A stretch of 64,000 nt of DNA from the NCBI RefSeq assembly GCF_001194135.2, contig NC_068981.1, positions 53,251,309 to 53,315,308 of the forward strand, in the 5' to 3' direction. Source of the DNA: Octopus bimaculoides. Lineage: Eukaryota. This document shows, piece after piece, positions 45,501 through 56,830 of the stretch. The notes under the pieces are model-generated. The model was not told the DNA's origin. It saw only the letters and a program-made list of their open reading frames with translations, and searched no databases. How positions within the stretch are numbered: position 1 is the stretch's first letter; every line of letters starts with the position of its first letter. The position numbers and the translations under genes are program-made.

Positions 45501-48500
45501 TACATTAGACTGGAATTTAGGATTAAGAATTACATTACATTTATAAAAAAAAAGAATGAAATTAATTCTTTACTTGTGAAAAAAATACATTAATCAAACC
45601 ACCTTAATTAGTTAATGAAAAAGTTACAAATATAAAATATAATAACTTTTTTTGTTTTGAAGCTCACTTAATCTTGTGTTTAATATTGTTATAGGAAGGC
45701 GACAAGCTGGCCTGATTGTTAGCATGCTAGGCAAAATGCTTAGAGGGATTTCATGTCTTTACAGTCTGAATTCAAATTCCACCAAGGTAGATTTTGCCAT
45801 TCATCCTTTCTGGGTGGATAAAATAAGTACCAGTTGAAACACTGGGGACAATGTGATTGACTTATCTCTCCCATAAAATTGCTAGTCTTGTGCCAAAATT
45901 TGAAACCAATATTGGTATTATGGTTTATTTTAAAATTTTTTAACAATGATTATAATGATTAACATGTAATATTTTATGCAATTAACTATTTCAGGATGTT
46001 TGTCAAATTCAATCCCCCAGCTATCGAGCTCCAGAAGTTGTTATGTATAACAAAGGCAAAAGAGATATTAAACTGACTCAAGCAGTAGATTTGTGGAGTT
46101 TAGGGTGCTTACTCATCTGGATGTTCACAGGTCAAAAGATGTTCCAGAAAAAGCCAGCTGGTCCCTGTAATAATTGTAGTGTAAGTACCTGACTCATCAT
46201 CATCAACATGTAATGTCTATTTTCCATGCTGGTATGGGTTGGACAGTTTGATAGAAGCTGACCAGCTGAAGGGCTGCTCAAGCTCCATGTCTTTTTTTTG
46301 GCATGGTTTCTATGACTGGATACCCTTCCTAATGCCAGCCACTTTACAGAGTGTACTAGGTGCTTTTATGCAGTACTGGTACAGGTGCTTTTTACGTGGC
46401 ACCAGCATTTACAAGCCTGCAAGATTAGGGATGCTCAGCTGGAGAGGGTTGCAAGGGATGAAAGCTATTTTGTAAAATCAAACCAGTTTATATGACAATG
46501 GGATTTTGTGTATCCTGTGGATCTGAAAAATAGTCTGAATTTAGTAGAGTTTGTAGGGGACTGATGGGAATTGACATTGTTACAGGCTGTTAGGTAGAGA
46601 GAACCATATGGTGTCTTAAACTGATATGTAGATTAAAGATAGCCACTGTGGCTGGTGTTACTATGTGTATTGATGTTATTCTGTGGTAATTGGGAAAAAA
46701 GCTATTAACGTCATTAGAGTTAGGCTAAAGAAGTTTGATTGATGTAATTATAAGTGACGAGGGAGATAACTTTGTAAAAGAATAAGCAGAATAACCAGAA
46801 TAAATAATAGAAAAGGAACGCAACTACGGTAATGGCTTAAGATTCATAGTTGGGAAATTGACAGAATTAAATCCTGTATTACTGGTACCGATATTAATAC
46901 CAGTAATATGTATAATTATTATTTTTAGTGTTTTGCTTCTTTAATTTTAAAAATTTCTCTGTAGGATAAAAAGTCAAGTTGATGGATTTTGAATCTCAAA
47001 TCAAACATGGCAAAATTAAGTTTTGTTGCACAAAGTATATATGTATTGATAAACTGAGACTAAACTTTTGATTTTGACTTATAAATGATACTGCAGGCAG
47101 CTGTAATACAGAAGTAGTGAAAATACTTTTATTTTAGTTTTCCTTTTATGTTTGATATTTTAAATATGAATCCATATAAGTATAGATTAGTTAATCTAAT
47201 GACAATGACAATAAATCAAGAACATTTGAAGAATTACATAACAAAATAATTGTTTTAATTTTATATTTATAATTATCAGTTGCAGAAGAGAAATGTGGAA
47301 AACTGTGAATATGGCATTTTAGCACAACAAATGATTGATGATAAAATTTCAGAAGAACCATTGCGTAGTTCAGAAATGGGATCTGCTTGTCTAACCTTCC
47401 GAAAATTAGTGTCTCGGTATGAATGTTTTGATACTATAAATATTTGACATCTAATTTTTTTTGTTGCCCATGTAAATGTTTTATTATTGTTATTGACTTT
47501 TTTTAATTGATAAATGTAAATCCCACTTTTTGTGTGTTGTATTTTGTTTTATATTGTTTTCACTATCTTTGGCTTTTGTGGCTAATAAAAGAAATTACTA
47601 CTATTAAGACAAATGGCAGTGACCTGGCAGAATTGTTTGTTAGTGTGTTGGACAAAATATTTAGTGACATTTGACCCATCTTAATATTTCAAATTCAAAT
47701 TCTACCAAGGTCAACTTTGCCTTTCATCCTTTCGGGATGGATAAAATAAGTACCATGCATTGGAGTCAGACATCAACAAGCCCTCTCCCCCAAATTTCAG
47801 GTCTTGTACCTACAGTAAAAAAGATTATTATTATTATAAAGGAAGTGAGCTGGTAGAATCATTACTGTGCTGGATAAAATGTTTGGCAGAATTTCTTCTG
47901 GGTTTTTAAGTGAATTCTGCCAAGGTTGACTTTGCTTTTCATTTTTTGAGGGTCAATAAATTAAGTACCAGTTTGGCAGTGGGTCATTGTAATCAACCTT
48001 CTCCCTCTCCACAAAACTCAGCTGGTTAAGGTCAAACCACCGACAAGCAAATCTGTGGTATTGAGAAGTATATTTGCTGTAGCCCAAGACTAAACAATGT
48101 ACATAATAACACTTCCAATCAGTTAAGATGAGAAGCCATGAAAGCCACTGTCTAGTACTGCATCAGGGCATTTATTATTATTATTATTATTATCATTATT
48201 ATTCATATACACACAAGAGATTAGACTTTTTATTATTATTATTATTGTTCCTGAAAGGTTGAGCAGAGGTGACAAATGCTTACATTGCCTCCATTATCAT
48301 TTATTGCCTGAACGTTGTGCCTTGTCCCAGTTACTGCTTGACCAGGTTGGAGCGTCTCTTATTTAGATTCTTGTGGAAGAGATGCATTCCAATGATCAGT
48401 CTGTCAGTCTGTTGCTAGCATCCTCTGAATGACAGATTTGGTATGCTGTGGCTCCTAATGTACAGATATGCTCTTAGGTTACACCACCTGCAATGATTTC

Positions 48501-49840
48501 TGGATGGATGGCGAGCATGTGTGGGCTCCATTTGTGAGGCTCATCTTGATTGAGCTGTAGTCCTGGGTGAAGAAAAGACCAAGACTGGGCACCTGGCACC
48601 TAGAATGTTGTCAGACAGTCACAGCCCTCTACTAGTCAAGCAATGGGACTGGTGGATGTTCCGCTTTAGAAACTTATAGAGGATTAGTGGTGAGGAAGTG
48701 TGATGATGTTCTCAGGGAAAATCTGGGCACTGATTAGAATGGACTGGCTAGTCTGTTCCGGAGGACTTTCTGGTCAGGAACTATCATGGATAATTTGCAG
48801 ATGTCCTTGGCATGGCAGTGCTACTGGGGAGCACTACTGGTTTGAGATAAACTCTACAGCCACAAATGTGCTGTCAGACGGGCTTGTCTAAGTTGTGACC
48901 ATTCTGCATACCATTGTTCAGTGTCTGGGCATTGCTGACTTGCATGGTTATGTTGAACAGCTGCTGTCACATGTGGGATGGATCTGTCTGTCAGCTGAGT
49001 CTGCAGTGATGATCGCACTGCCGTCCTCCTTCACTCATGCAGGCAAGGTAGTTTACCTTTGCCTGGTGGCTGTGGCGAAAGAGGTTGTTTGGTGGACAAG
49101 GCTGAAAGGCAAGAGGGCAGATATATTCCTCTTTAGTAGAGCTCACATTGACTTCTTCAAGTTTCACTTGAAAAGGAAATTGAGAGTGCAGAGGAAAGTG
49201 ATGTGCTTGAGTAAGTTTATTGAAAGATGGGTGAAAATTGTGAAAATGGCAAGAGTGGATGGTACCTCTCTAAGTGTAGACCTGTGAGTCGGAGAGAAGG
49301 AATAGGTGAGAGCACTTGCTCTTGGGCTTTCAGGGAAATCTCAGACAGTGGGGTTCCTCGATTATCCCGAGAGGCTTTCCTGTATTAAGAGAGCCACATC
49401 TCTGTCATCTTCCCCGTCACCTTTTTGGGTTTTTTTAACCTTTCTATGCTATGCATATGTCCCTTCTTTTTCAGTGTATACTGTGTATACTTTCTTTCTT
49501 TCTTTCCTTTTTTTTATCATTTCATTATATCTAAACCCCCACACTTTATGTCTGTCTTTCTATTGTCTCCCTCATCCTTCTCCCTTGTGGCAGATAAATG
49601 AAATTATTATTATTATTATTATGATGATGATAAGATGGCAAACTGGCAGAATCATTAGCACACCATGCGAAATGCTTAGTAGCATTTTGTCTCTCTTCAT
49701 ATATTGAAATCAAATACCACTGGGGTCAGCTTTGCCTTTCATCCTTTCAAGGTCGATAAAATATCAGTTGGATACTGAAGTCAATGTAATCGACTATCCC
49801 ACTCTCCAAAATTTCAGGCCTTATGCCTATAGTAGAAAGG

Positions 49841-49876
<36 letters not shown>

Positions 49877-50183
49877 GAGCGAGAGAACATTGCATGCTAT
49901 CAAAGTGACACTGGGGTAAAATATACAAAGCCCAGTATCTCAAAGGATGTTGAACAAAACACCCATGTTTCCAAAGGTGAATTAACCAAACCCCAAAGAA
50001 TTCCTCTCAACACATGGCTATGATGCTCCCACACTACTTCTGCTGATGATATGTGTATCAGAGATACACATATCATCAGCCACTAAGGAACATGCTCGAC
50101 AGGTTATGGTGAAACACTGACAAGCAAATCTGTGGTATTGAGCAGAGTATTTGCTGTAGCCCATCTTTTATACCAAGCAGAAT

Positions 50184-50215
<32 letters not shown>

Positions 50216-51949
50216 TTTTGTTGCAGTTGTTGTTGATGTTGCTGTTATTATTTTTGTTGGAGACTTCCTCATTGGCTTGTGTTTATTACATTTACTGCTG
50301 GCTATCATGAGTTATTGCTTAAAATTGAAACTGTTATGTCTTCAAAGCTATAACTAGCATTAAGGATATTAACAGAAACTAATGCTTGCAGTGTATCTCT
50401 TTGAGTATGTGTTGGTTCTGTAAAAGATTTTTGTGCACTCTTATAAAGGTATCTTTATAAAATATTGTTTAAATTTTAATAATTGCAAATTTAATTCTTT
50501 GATTTTTTTTTTTTGACATTATTTTTCATCAACAGTGTGATAACATGTAAAGGCTGTGAACGTTTAACAAGTCAGACTGCACAAAATCATCCTTTCTTTT
50601 CAATTCCATTTGGTAAATATTATTCACTTCTGTGAGTGTTGTGTGTTTCAAATGTATTTGTCCATTGTTGAATTGAGATTATTTTTAAACCTACTAGGAA
50701 ATGAAAAAAATTGCTCATTTGAAAAATAGTTAAGGGTTAGCAATAGAAGGAGAATCTGGCTGTAAAACAGTGCCTCGGTAATATGTATTCATCTAACCCA
50801 TGCTACTATGGAAAGATAGATGTAAAACAGTATGCCATCATCTTCATCAGCATTCTACATTTGCTTTCTATGCTAGTATGGGTTGGATGGGTTCTAATCT
50901 GAGTTTTTTTTACAAAGTGTTGCTCTCTGAGCTAGGTTGGAGGACAATATGTCTCTTGTAATTTTCATTTTTGTTTTAATTTCTATGGTTAAATACCTTT
51001 CCTAACACCAACCACTTTTCAGAGTGTACTGGGTGTATTTTATTGTGGTACCAGTAATATAGTGGTCGCTATGTCGTCAACAAGAGTAAAGAATCCTCCC
51101 AACATCATGATTCCACTCTCTTGGCAATCATTATACAGAGTGACCTGGGTAGATCTATATTATCATCAGCACTAGCAGAGTGTCTCCTACTCTATAAGAT
51201 ATATGTGTGTGTACACATATATCATCTTCATCATCATCATAATTTAACATCCCTTCTTCCATGCTGGTGTAGGTTGGATGGTTTGATATGAACAGAGGGC
51301 TATGGCAAATTTTAATGTTTGCTTTTGCATGGTTTCTACAGCTGGATACTCTTTCTAATGCCAACCACTTATAAAAAGTGTACTGGGTGTTCTTCTTGTG
51401 GCAGCAGCACTGGTGATGTCACCAAGTACCAGCAAAACAAGATCCTCAGCTTAGTGGGGTGTAGTACTGAGGGATGAAAAAGTAAGGTAGAGGGGCAGGA
51501 GTGAGTATCTTGCTGAAGAGATGAATACATGGTTTGCCCATCTGGAAAAAGAAATAGAGAAATATGTGAGGTCAAGGTACAAGGTGAATAAAAAATAGAA
51601 TAGCCACCTTTTTTAAAAACAGAACCATCTTATGGTGTTACTTGGTTTAGTTATATTTATGTAAACTAATATTTATCTTATTGTAAAAACTTTTAGTACC
51701 TGATCTGAATGTTTTTATGTAAACTATTTTTTGACCCATCACAGAGGATACACAAAACCTCAAATTTTTTCTTATAATTGTCAAAGATTCTACCACTTGA
51801 TTTGAATACATTTATATAAACTAATTTTCAACACCACAGAGGATGCACAAAGCCTCATACCTTACTTCTGAAAATCTTTTTAAATAAGTGAAACCAGTTA
51901 AGTTAATAAATACTTTTAAAAGACTCCTGCATTTTCAGATTCTTTTCTT

Positions 51950-52000
<51 letters not shown>

Positions 52001-52613
52001 TGCTATATATATATGTATGTATGTATATATATAAAAGTATATTTGCATATGATATTTGTGTATGTATATCATCATTATCATCATCATTTAACAGCTGTTT
52101 TCATGTTGACACAGGTTGGACAGTTTAACAGGAACTGGTAAGCCAGAGGGCTGCACCAGGCTCCAGTTGTCTGTTTTGGCATGCTTTGTATGACTGGATA
52201 CCCTTCCTAATACCAACCACTTTACAGAGTGTACTGGGTGCTTTTTACACTGTGCCAACATGGGTGTTTGTTATGTGATGCCATCATTCATCACAGGTGC
52301 TTTTTACATGATGCGAGAATGAGTGCTTCTTATGTGGCACTTGCACATGGCGCCAGCACAGGTGCTTATTTCATGGTGCTGGCACAAGAGCTTTGCTAGT
52401 TCAGGTGCTTTTTACTTAGCACCAGTACCTGCAGCATCACCAAATGGTTTGCAAGACAAGGAAATCGCAGCTGTGAGAGTAGTGACTGTGTGCCAAGTGA
52501 GAGGTTGGAGTATGCTAGAGGATCAGGGATAGCTGTCGTATATGTGTGTGTGTGTGTGCATGCATGTGTGTGTATATATGTATACATACATANNNNNNNN
52601 NNTACACACACAC

Positions 52614-52669
<56 letters not shown>

Positions 52670-54904
52670 GAATATATAGAAATGACTTGGTGATTGGAAA
52701 AGTGATATAAATGTTTTCTTTCTCTAGAGCCTTCTTTCTGTGATATGCTACTACTGCCAACAGTTGTTATCAGGATACTGAACAGTATAGATGTAAATGA
52801 AACAGACACTCATGCAGGTAAAATTGCCTCTGTCTTTCTGTGTTGCTCATTTTTTCATATATATATAACGAGACTCGGAATTATATTAACTTAATAACTG
52901 CATTCAGTATACATATATTTTTTGTTTCATATTTTTTAAAGAAAAGTCAGTTAATAAATATATTTGAACATTTATAAATATAAATGCAGATGTGGCTGTG
53001 TGAGAAGAAGCTTGCTTCCCAACTACTTGGTTCTGGATTCACTCCTACTGTGTGCCACCTTGGGCAACCAAAGCATTGTGAGTGAATTTGGTAGACAGAA
53101 ACTGAAAGAAGCCCATCGTATAGGTGTGTGTGTATGTTTGTTCCCCCACCACTGCTGGAAAATCTATGTTGGTGTGTTTACATCCCTGCAACATAGCAGC
53201 TTGGCAGAAGAGACCAATAGAATAAACACCAGGCTCACAAGAAAAATAAATACTGGGATTGAGTCATTCAACTAAAAATTCTTCAAAGCCATGCCCCAAC
53301 ATGCCCACAGTCTAATAACTGAATCAAGTAAAAATTATGTTTAGTGAGTGTGGAATCTTGGAATGTAAATTTGAATATTGTGTTGGATTTGGTTGACTTT
53401 ATTTCTTGGATAATCTTTTAACTGTGACTCTTTCTCAAATTTTTGAGAATTTTTATAAGAGGAATAAAAGGTTTTAAAGAAATTCTGTAATTTGAAATGA
53501 AATTTTACAACTGTATCAAGTGAAAGTCTAAGAGTTGAAACTGGTGCAATTACTGTGTGTGAAAGTATGTGACCTGGAGGTTAAGTAGCTGGACTCACAA
53601 TCATATGGTTGTGGATTTAGTTTCCAGGCTGGGCAACACATTGTGTTGTTGTGTGAAGCATTTCATTTCACATTGCTCCAGTCTACTCAACTGAAAAAAA
53701 AACAAAAACAAATTAACTGCACCTGCTGTTGAATAGGCACTGGAAACTATTTGCCCTAAATTGTGCAAATCCTTTTAGTGGCCCTTGAATGATGAGTTAC
53801 TATGGAGAATAGAAAAGGTTTAATGTTTTGGATTGAGACTCTTTATAGAGGAAGAGAAAAGATAGTGCTATGTATTGTAGTTGAAATATATCCAAAATTA
53901 CTGAACCTGAAGTGTTGGACATTTTCTGTATTCATCATTATTACATTTAATAATAGCCAACAAGGACATGCCAGAAAAGTCTCTTGACTTTTATAGAAAT
54001 AATACCCTAATCTCCCTCATAACATACCTAACATCTAAGAACAAGGAAAGGAATATTTGATAATCCTTGCTTCACTAGTCCAGGGATAGAAGCAGCTGGA
54101 ATACTTTTGGTCATAAGTCTGCTTGATTGGGGCTGACCTGGGGTAAACAACATTTCATTTTGGATTCATTTGTTGCCCACACAGATCCTGAACAATTGCC
54201 TTTGATTCTGGATATTACTTTGCATATATAAATTTGACATAAAGCTTTTAAAGCAAATTTGGAAATTATTAACTTTGAGCTTATCTGTTTCAACAAGTTA
54301 GTTATATTAACTATGTTGACAAGTTTTCAAAACAGTTTAACATGAAATTTTATTTCTAGCCATCAAAGAAGAATTAACCAGTAGATGCTGTAAATTTGGA
54401 AAGTTGGTTAAATGTGTTCTTCCAACTGAAGGCAAAGGAAAAGGAATTGTGAGTAAAAAAATATTTTCAAATGATGTCAAAGTTCAAACATAAAAAAAAA
54501 TCATTGTGTTATATTACTATTTGTGTGTGTGTGTGTGACAGGCACACATTGTAAAAGTGCATCTTTGGTGCAGGTCTGAAAAAGTGCCACTCTAATGTCT
54601 AAAAACACAAATATTACATAAATTTTCACTTTGAACTTTTGTGTAAACTGGCAGTGAAAGCAGAATTGGTACAGAAACAATTGTAACTGATATATTAAAT
54701 ATGTGCTAAAATCTTTTGCTGTCCTCTTATTTGGATTAGATTTTACTCTTCACTGAACCTACACAATGGTTTTACTATTGTAAAACCAGGATTTTCTGCA
54801 CCTGAAGAATTTTGGTATTAGTCTAGAATCCAATAATGTTGACAGCCAAGAGCTCTGGTTGAGTACTGCATTGGAAGTACCCTATCTTTCTACCTTACCA
54901 GGAC

Positions 54905-54938
<34 letters not shown>

Positions 54939-55477
54939 GAAAGAAAAAGGTCAATAAATACTTGCCATTACATTTTTAATCAACCAAATATGAACCATTT
55001 TGTTGCACAATGCATCTCCATCTTTCCTTTAACTTGAAAATACCTTCCCAGTCCCACCAAACACAGATCATTGTCTTGCATGGATGCAGCTCTGACTTGG
55101 CTCAAGATGTTGCTTGCTAGTTGGGACTCAGCCATTCTTTCCTCTGCTTTATATTGACATAAAGATACAACAATAGATGAGTACTGGAGTTTTGTCTCTT
55201 TCATTGAGAGTGTTGAACTTAATTACATCTTCAAACTAAATGGGTTTCAAATGGAGACATCATGATCTGTTTTCTTTTAATATGCCAAGTTCTGTAAGTT
55301 ATGAACCTTTATTTTTAAAAAAAATATTTTTATTATTTTTAGATATTTATGAAATTTGAAAAGGCAGTGGAAGCCATCACAGCTTTTATACAGATTAATG
55401 GAAAGGTCTTGCATAACCGGACAGTGATCACAACATATCATTCAGTTCGCGACTTTGATGCTGGAATATATTATTAA
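39435..55477 (+). CDS. UHMK1: UHMK1/KIS-like Ser/Thr kinase with C-terminal RRM/UHM; 10 coding exons, 407 aa
   Basis: Exons of 129+109+148+130+186+131+77+90+89+135 = 1224 nt. Motifs VHGDLKPCNLMWSAQNGCMKLIDFGLSF, YRAPE, AVDLWSLG, HPFFSIPF and LLPTVVIRILN plus the RRM match the UHMK1 architecture (kinase then UHM). Confidence 0.92.
40643..40751 (+). CDS. UHMK1: UHMK1 coding exon 2: AAVKVYKKGLQYEGAQQREQLLLQIVLQKQGLCKQL
   Basis: cctag|GCT...G|gtatgg; contains the VAxK lysine and alphaC Glu. Confidence 0.9.
40925..41145 (-). mobile_element. piggyBac-like MITE in UHMK1 intron 2
   Basis: ccctttagtg...tactaaagag|ttaa; reverse-orientation homologue of 61136-61346. Confidence 0.7.
41905..42052 (+). 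CDS. UHMK1: UHMK1 coding exon 3: EVIDSFQINGHSILVEELLELNLYQIKCLTELKTFSFYMIQMFIKDVL
   Basis: ttgcag|TT...AT|gtaagt; phases 1 and 2 bridge exons 2 and 4. Confidence 0.9.
42757..42886 (+). CDS. UHMK1: UHMK1 coding exon 4: SLNAIHTNGFVHGDLKPCNLMWSAQNGCMKLIDFGLSFHISDE
   Basis: ttgcag|A...GAG|gtactt; catalytic loop and DFG. Confidence 0.96.
43883..45490 (-). mobile_element. 5'-truncated RTE LINE (RT C-terminus plus 3' UTR) in UHMK1 intron 4
   Basis: LKLKGLRVNLAKTKVL..WPCSICRKGV..C..C..WTHKRCS..EVVDSFCYLGD..RIRIAWAKFRELLPLL (ORF 45005..45505); ends in a (GAT)n tail. Confidence 0.93.
45995..46180 (+). CDS. UHMK1: UHMK1 coding exon 5: DVCQIQSPSYRAPEVVMYNKGKRDIKLTQAVDLWSLGCLLIWMFTGQKMFQKKPAGPCNNCS
   Basis: tttcag|GAT...AGT|gtaagt; APE motif and subdomain IX. 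Confidence 0.96.
46195..46430 (-). mobile_element. Older RTE 3'-end copy (similar copies at 51235-51430 and 52069-52300)
   Basis: Diverged catcatc..ttccatgctggtatgggttggacag motif. Confidence 0.7.
47286..47416 (+). CDS. UHMK1: UHMK1 coding exon 6: KRNVENCEYGILAQQMIDDKISEEPLRSSEMGSACLTFRKLVSR (may start at 47280)
   Basis: ttgcag|AAG...CG|gtatga; open, with phases 0 and 2 as required. Confidence 0.85.
48247..49600 (+). mobile_element. Second 5'-truncated copy of the Tx1-like LINE, in UHMK1 intron 6
   Basis: AEVTNAYIASIIIYCLNVVPCP and ORF 48895..49287 ([18 protein letters not shown]) are homologous to 11074-12006. Confidence 0.85.
49877..50180. mobile_element. Non-coding interspersed element bounded by triplet microsatellites (related 3' part at 48020-48172)
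   Basis: Shared gacaagcaaatctgtggtattgag..tatttgctgtagccc; flanked by (ATT)n and (ACT)n, and the other copy ends in (ATT)n. Confidence 0.65.
50536..50612 (+). CDS. UHMK1: UHMK1 coding exon 7: VITCKGCERLTSQTAQNHPFFSIPF
   Basis: aacag|T...G|gtaaat; subdomain XI Arg and HPFF. Confidence 0.92.
52728..52817 (+). CDS. UHMK1: UHMK1 coding exon 8: EPSFCDMLLLPTVVIRILNSIDVNETDTHA
   Basis: ctctag|AG...CAG|gtaaaa; RNP2-like strand. Confidence 0.92.
54360..54448 (+). CDS. UHMK1: UHMK1 coding exon 9: AIKEELTSRCCKFGKLVKCVLPTEGKGKGI
   Basis: ttctag|CC...ATT|gtgagt. Confidence 0.92.
55343..55477 (+). CDS. UHMK1: UHMK1 coding exon 10 to stop: IFMKFEKAVEAITAFIQINGKVLHNRTVITTYHSVRDFDAGIYY*
   Basis: ttttag|ATA...TAA; RNP1 continuation and beta4. 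Confidence 0.93.
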   Translation: MFMKFEKAVEAITAFIQINGKVLHNRTVITTYHSVRDFDAGIYY

Positions 55478-56309
55478 TAATTTAAGAATTTTTATTTTAG
55501 CATATAATAGGGTTAATTACATTGTAGGAGAATTATTTTTAATCATTTAAGAACACACAAAAATTGTTATAGCAGCCTACGTGTTTTTAAATAGCCAAAA
55601 TGACTTTTCCACTGTATAATAGTCTCAAATCAAGTTACTTGCCAGACAAGTACAACTTCAAAACATATGGAAAATTGAACAATTACCAAGTTCCATGAGT
55701 TATGTGATAAATACTGTAATTCTTTACTTGCTTTATATTTATATTCCTTGAAGGTTATTTTATCAAAATATCTTCAGCTTTAACATTTAGAAATTAACCA
55801 AGTATTTTGTACTCTATGATTGTCTATGCAGTAAAATGATATGATGGCATCCAGCTGTAAAAACTATACCAAAAGTAGCACGATGTACACAATTACAGTA
55901 TTGGCCAGTATTTTTTCTCTGTTGTTGTGTCTGTCAGATGTTGAAGAACTATGACAAGTGGTGAGAAGTTATGAGACCCGTCCATGCCAGCATGGAAAAA
56001 AAAGGATATAAATTGATTACTTTGATGATGATGATTGATATTTTATGATATTTTGTCATTTTGAATATTGTCGTTGACAAGTTACAACATGTTTAGACAA
56101 GAAAAGAATATAGAGATAACTTTGTTTTCGGTTTTTTACTATATTTATTTTCGCTAAATGGCATCAAAATAATATTTATATATTTTGTACCAAGTAAGTT
56201 CCTAGCAAACTGATTCACATTCCTAGTAGCCATTAAGCTTTATTCATATAATTAAAGCTTTCTTTCTCTATTAATTATAAGTTACAGGCCTGGGGCCTAT
56301 GTAAGAAGT

Positions 56310-56454
56310 CCATGTATCGGTATGCATATGAACATATGTATGTATGTATGTATATATTTGTATGTATATACATATATATGTATATGTATGTATGTATATA
56401 CATATATATGTATGTATATACATATGTATGTATATACATATATGTGTATATACT

Positions 56455-56486
<32 letters not shown>

Positions 56487-56663
56487 CATATGTATGTATG
56501 TATATACATACATATGTATGTATACATATATATGTATGTATATATACATGTATGTATATATACATGTATGTATATAAATATGTATGTATATACATATATA
56601 TGTATGTATATACCTATATGTATGTATGTGTATACATATGTAAATATGTATATACGTATGTAA

Positions 56664-56761
<98 letters not shown>

Positions 56762-56830
56762 ATACATATATGCATGCAAACATACATGCATACATACATA
56801 CATACATACATACATATGTACATATGTATC
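56310..56830. repeat. About 520-bp compound (TATG/TA/CATA)n microsatellite downstream of the UHMK1 stop
   Basis: Seen directly; explains the spurious Y/I/M/H/T-rich ORFs. Confidence 0.97.
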
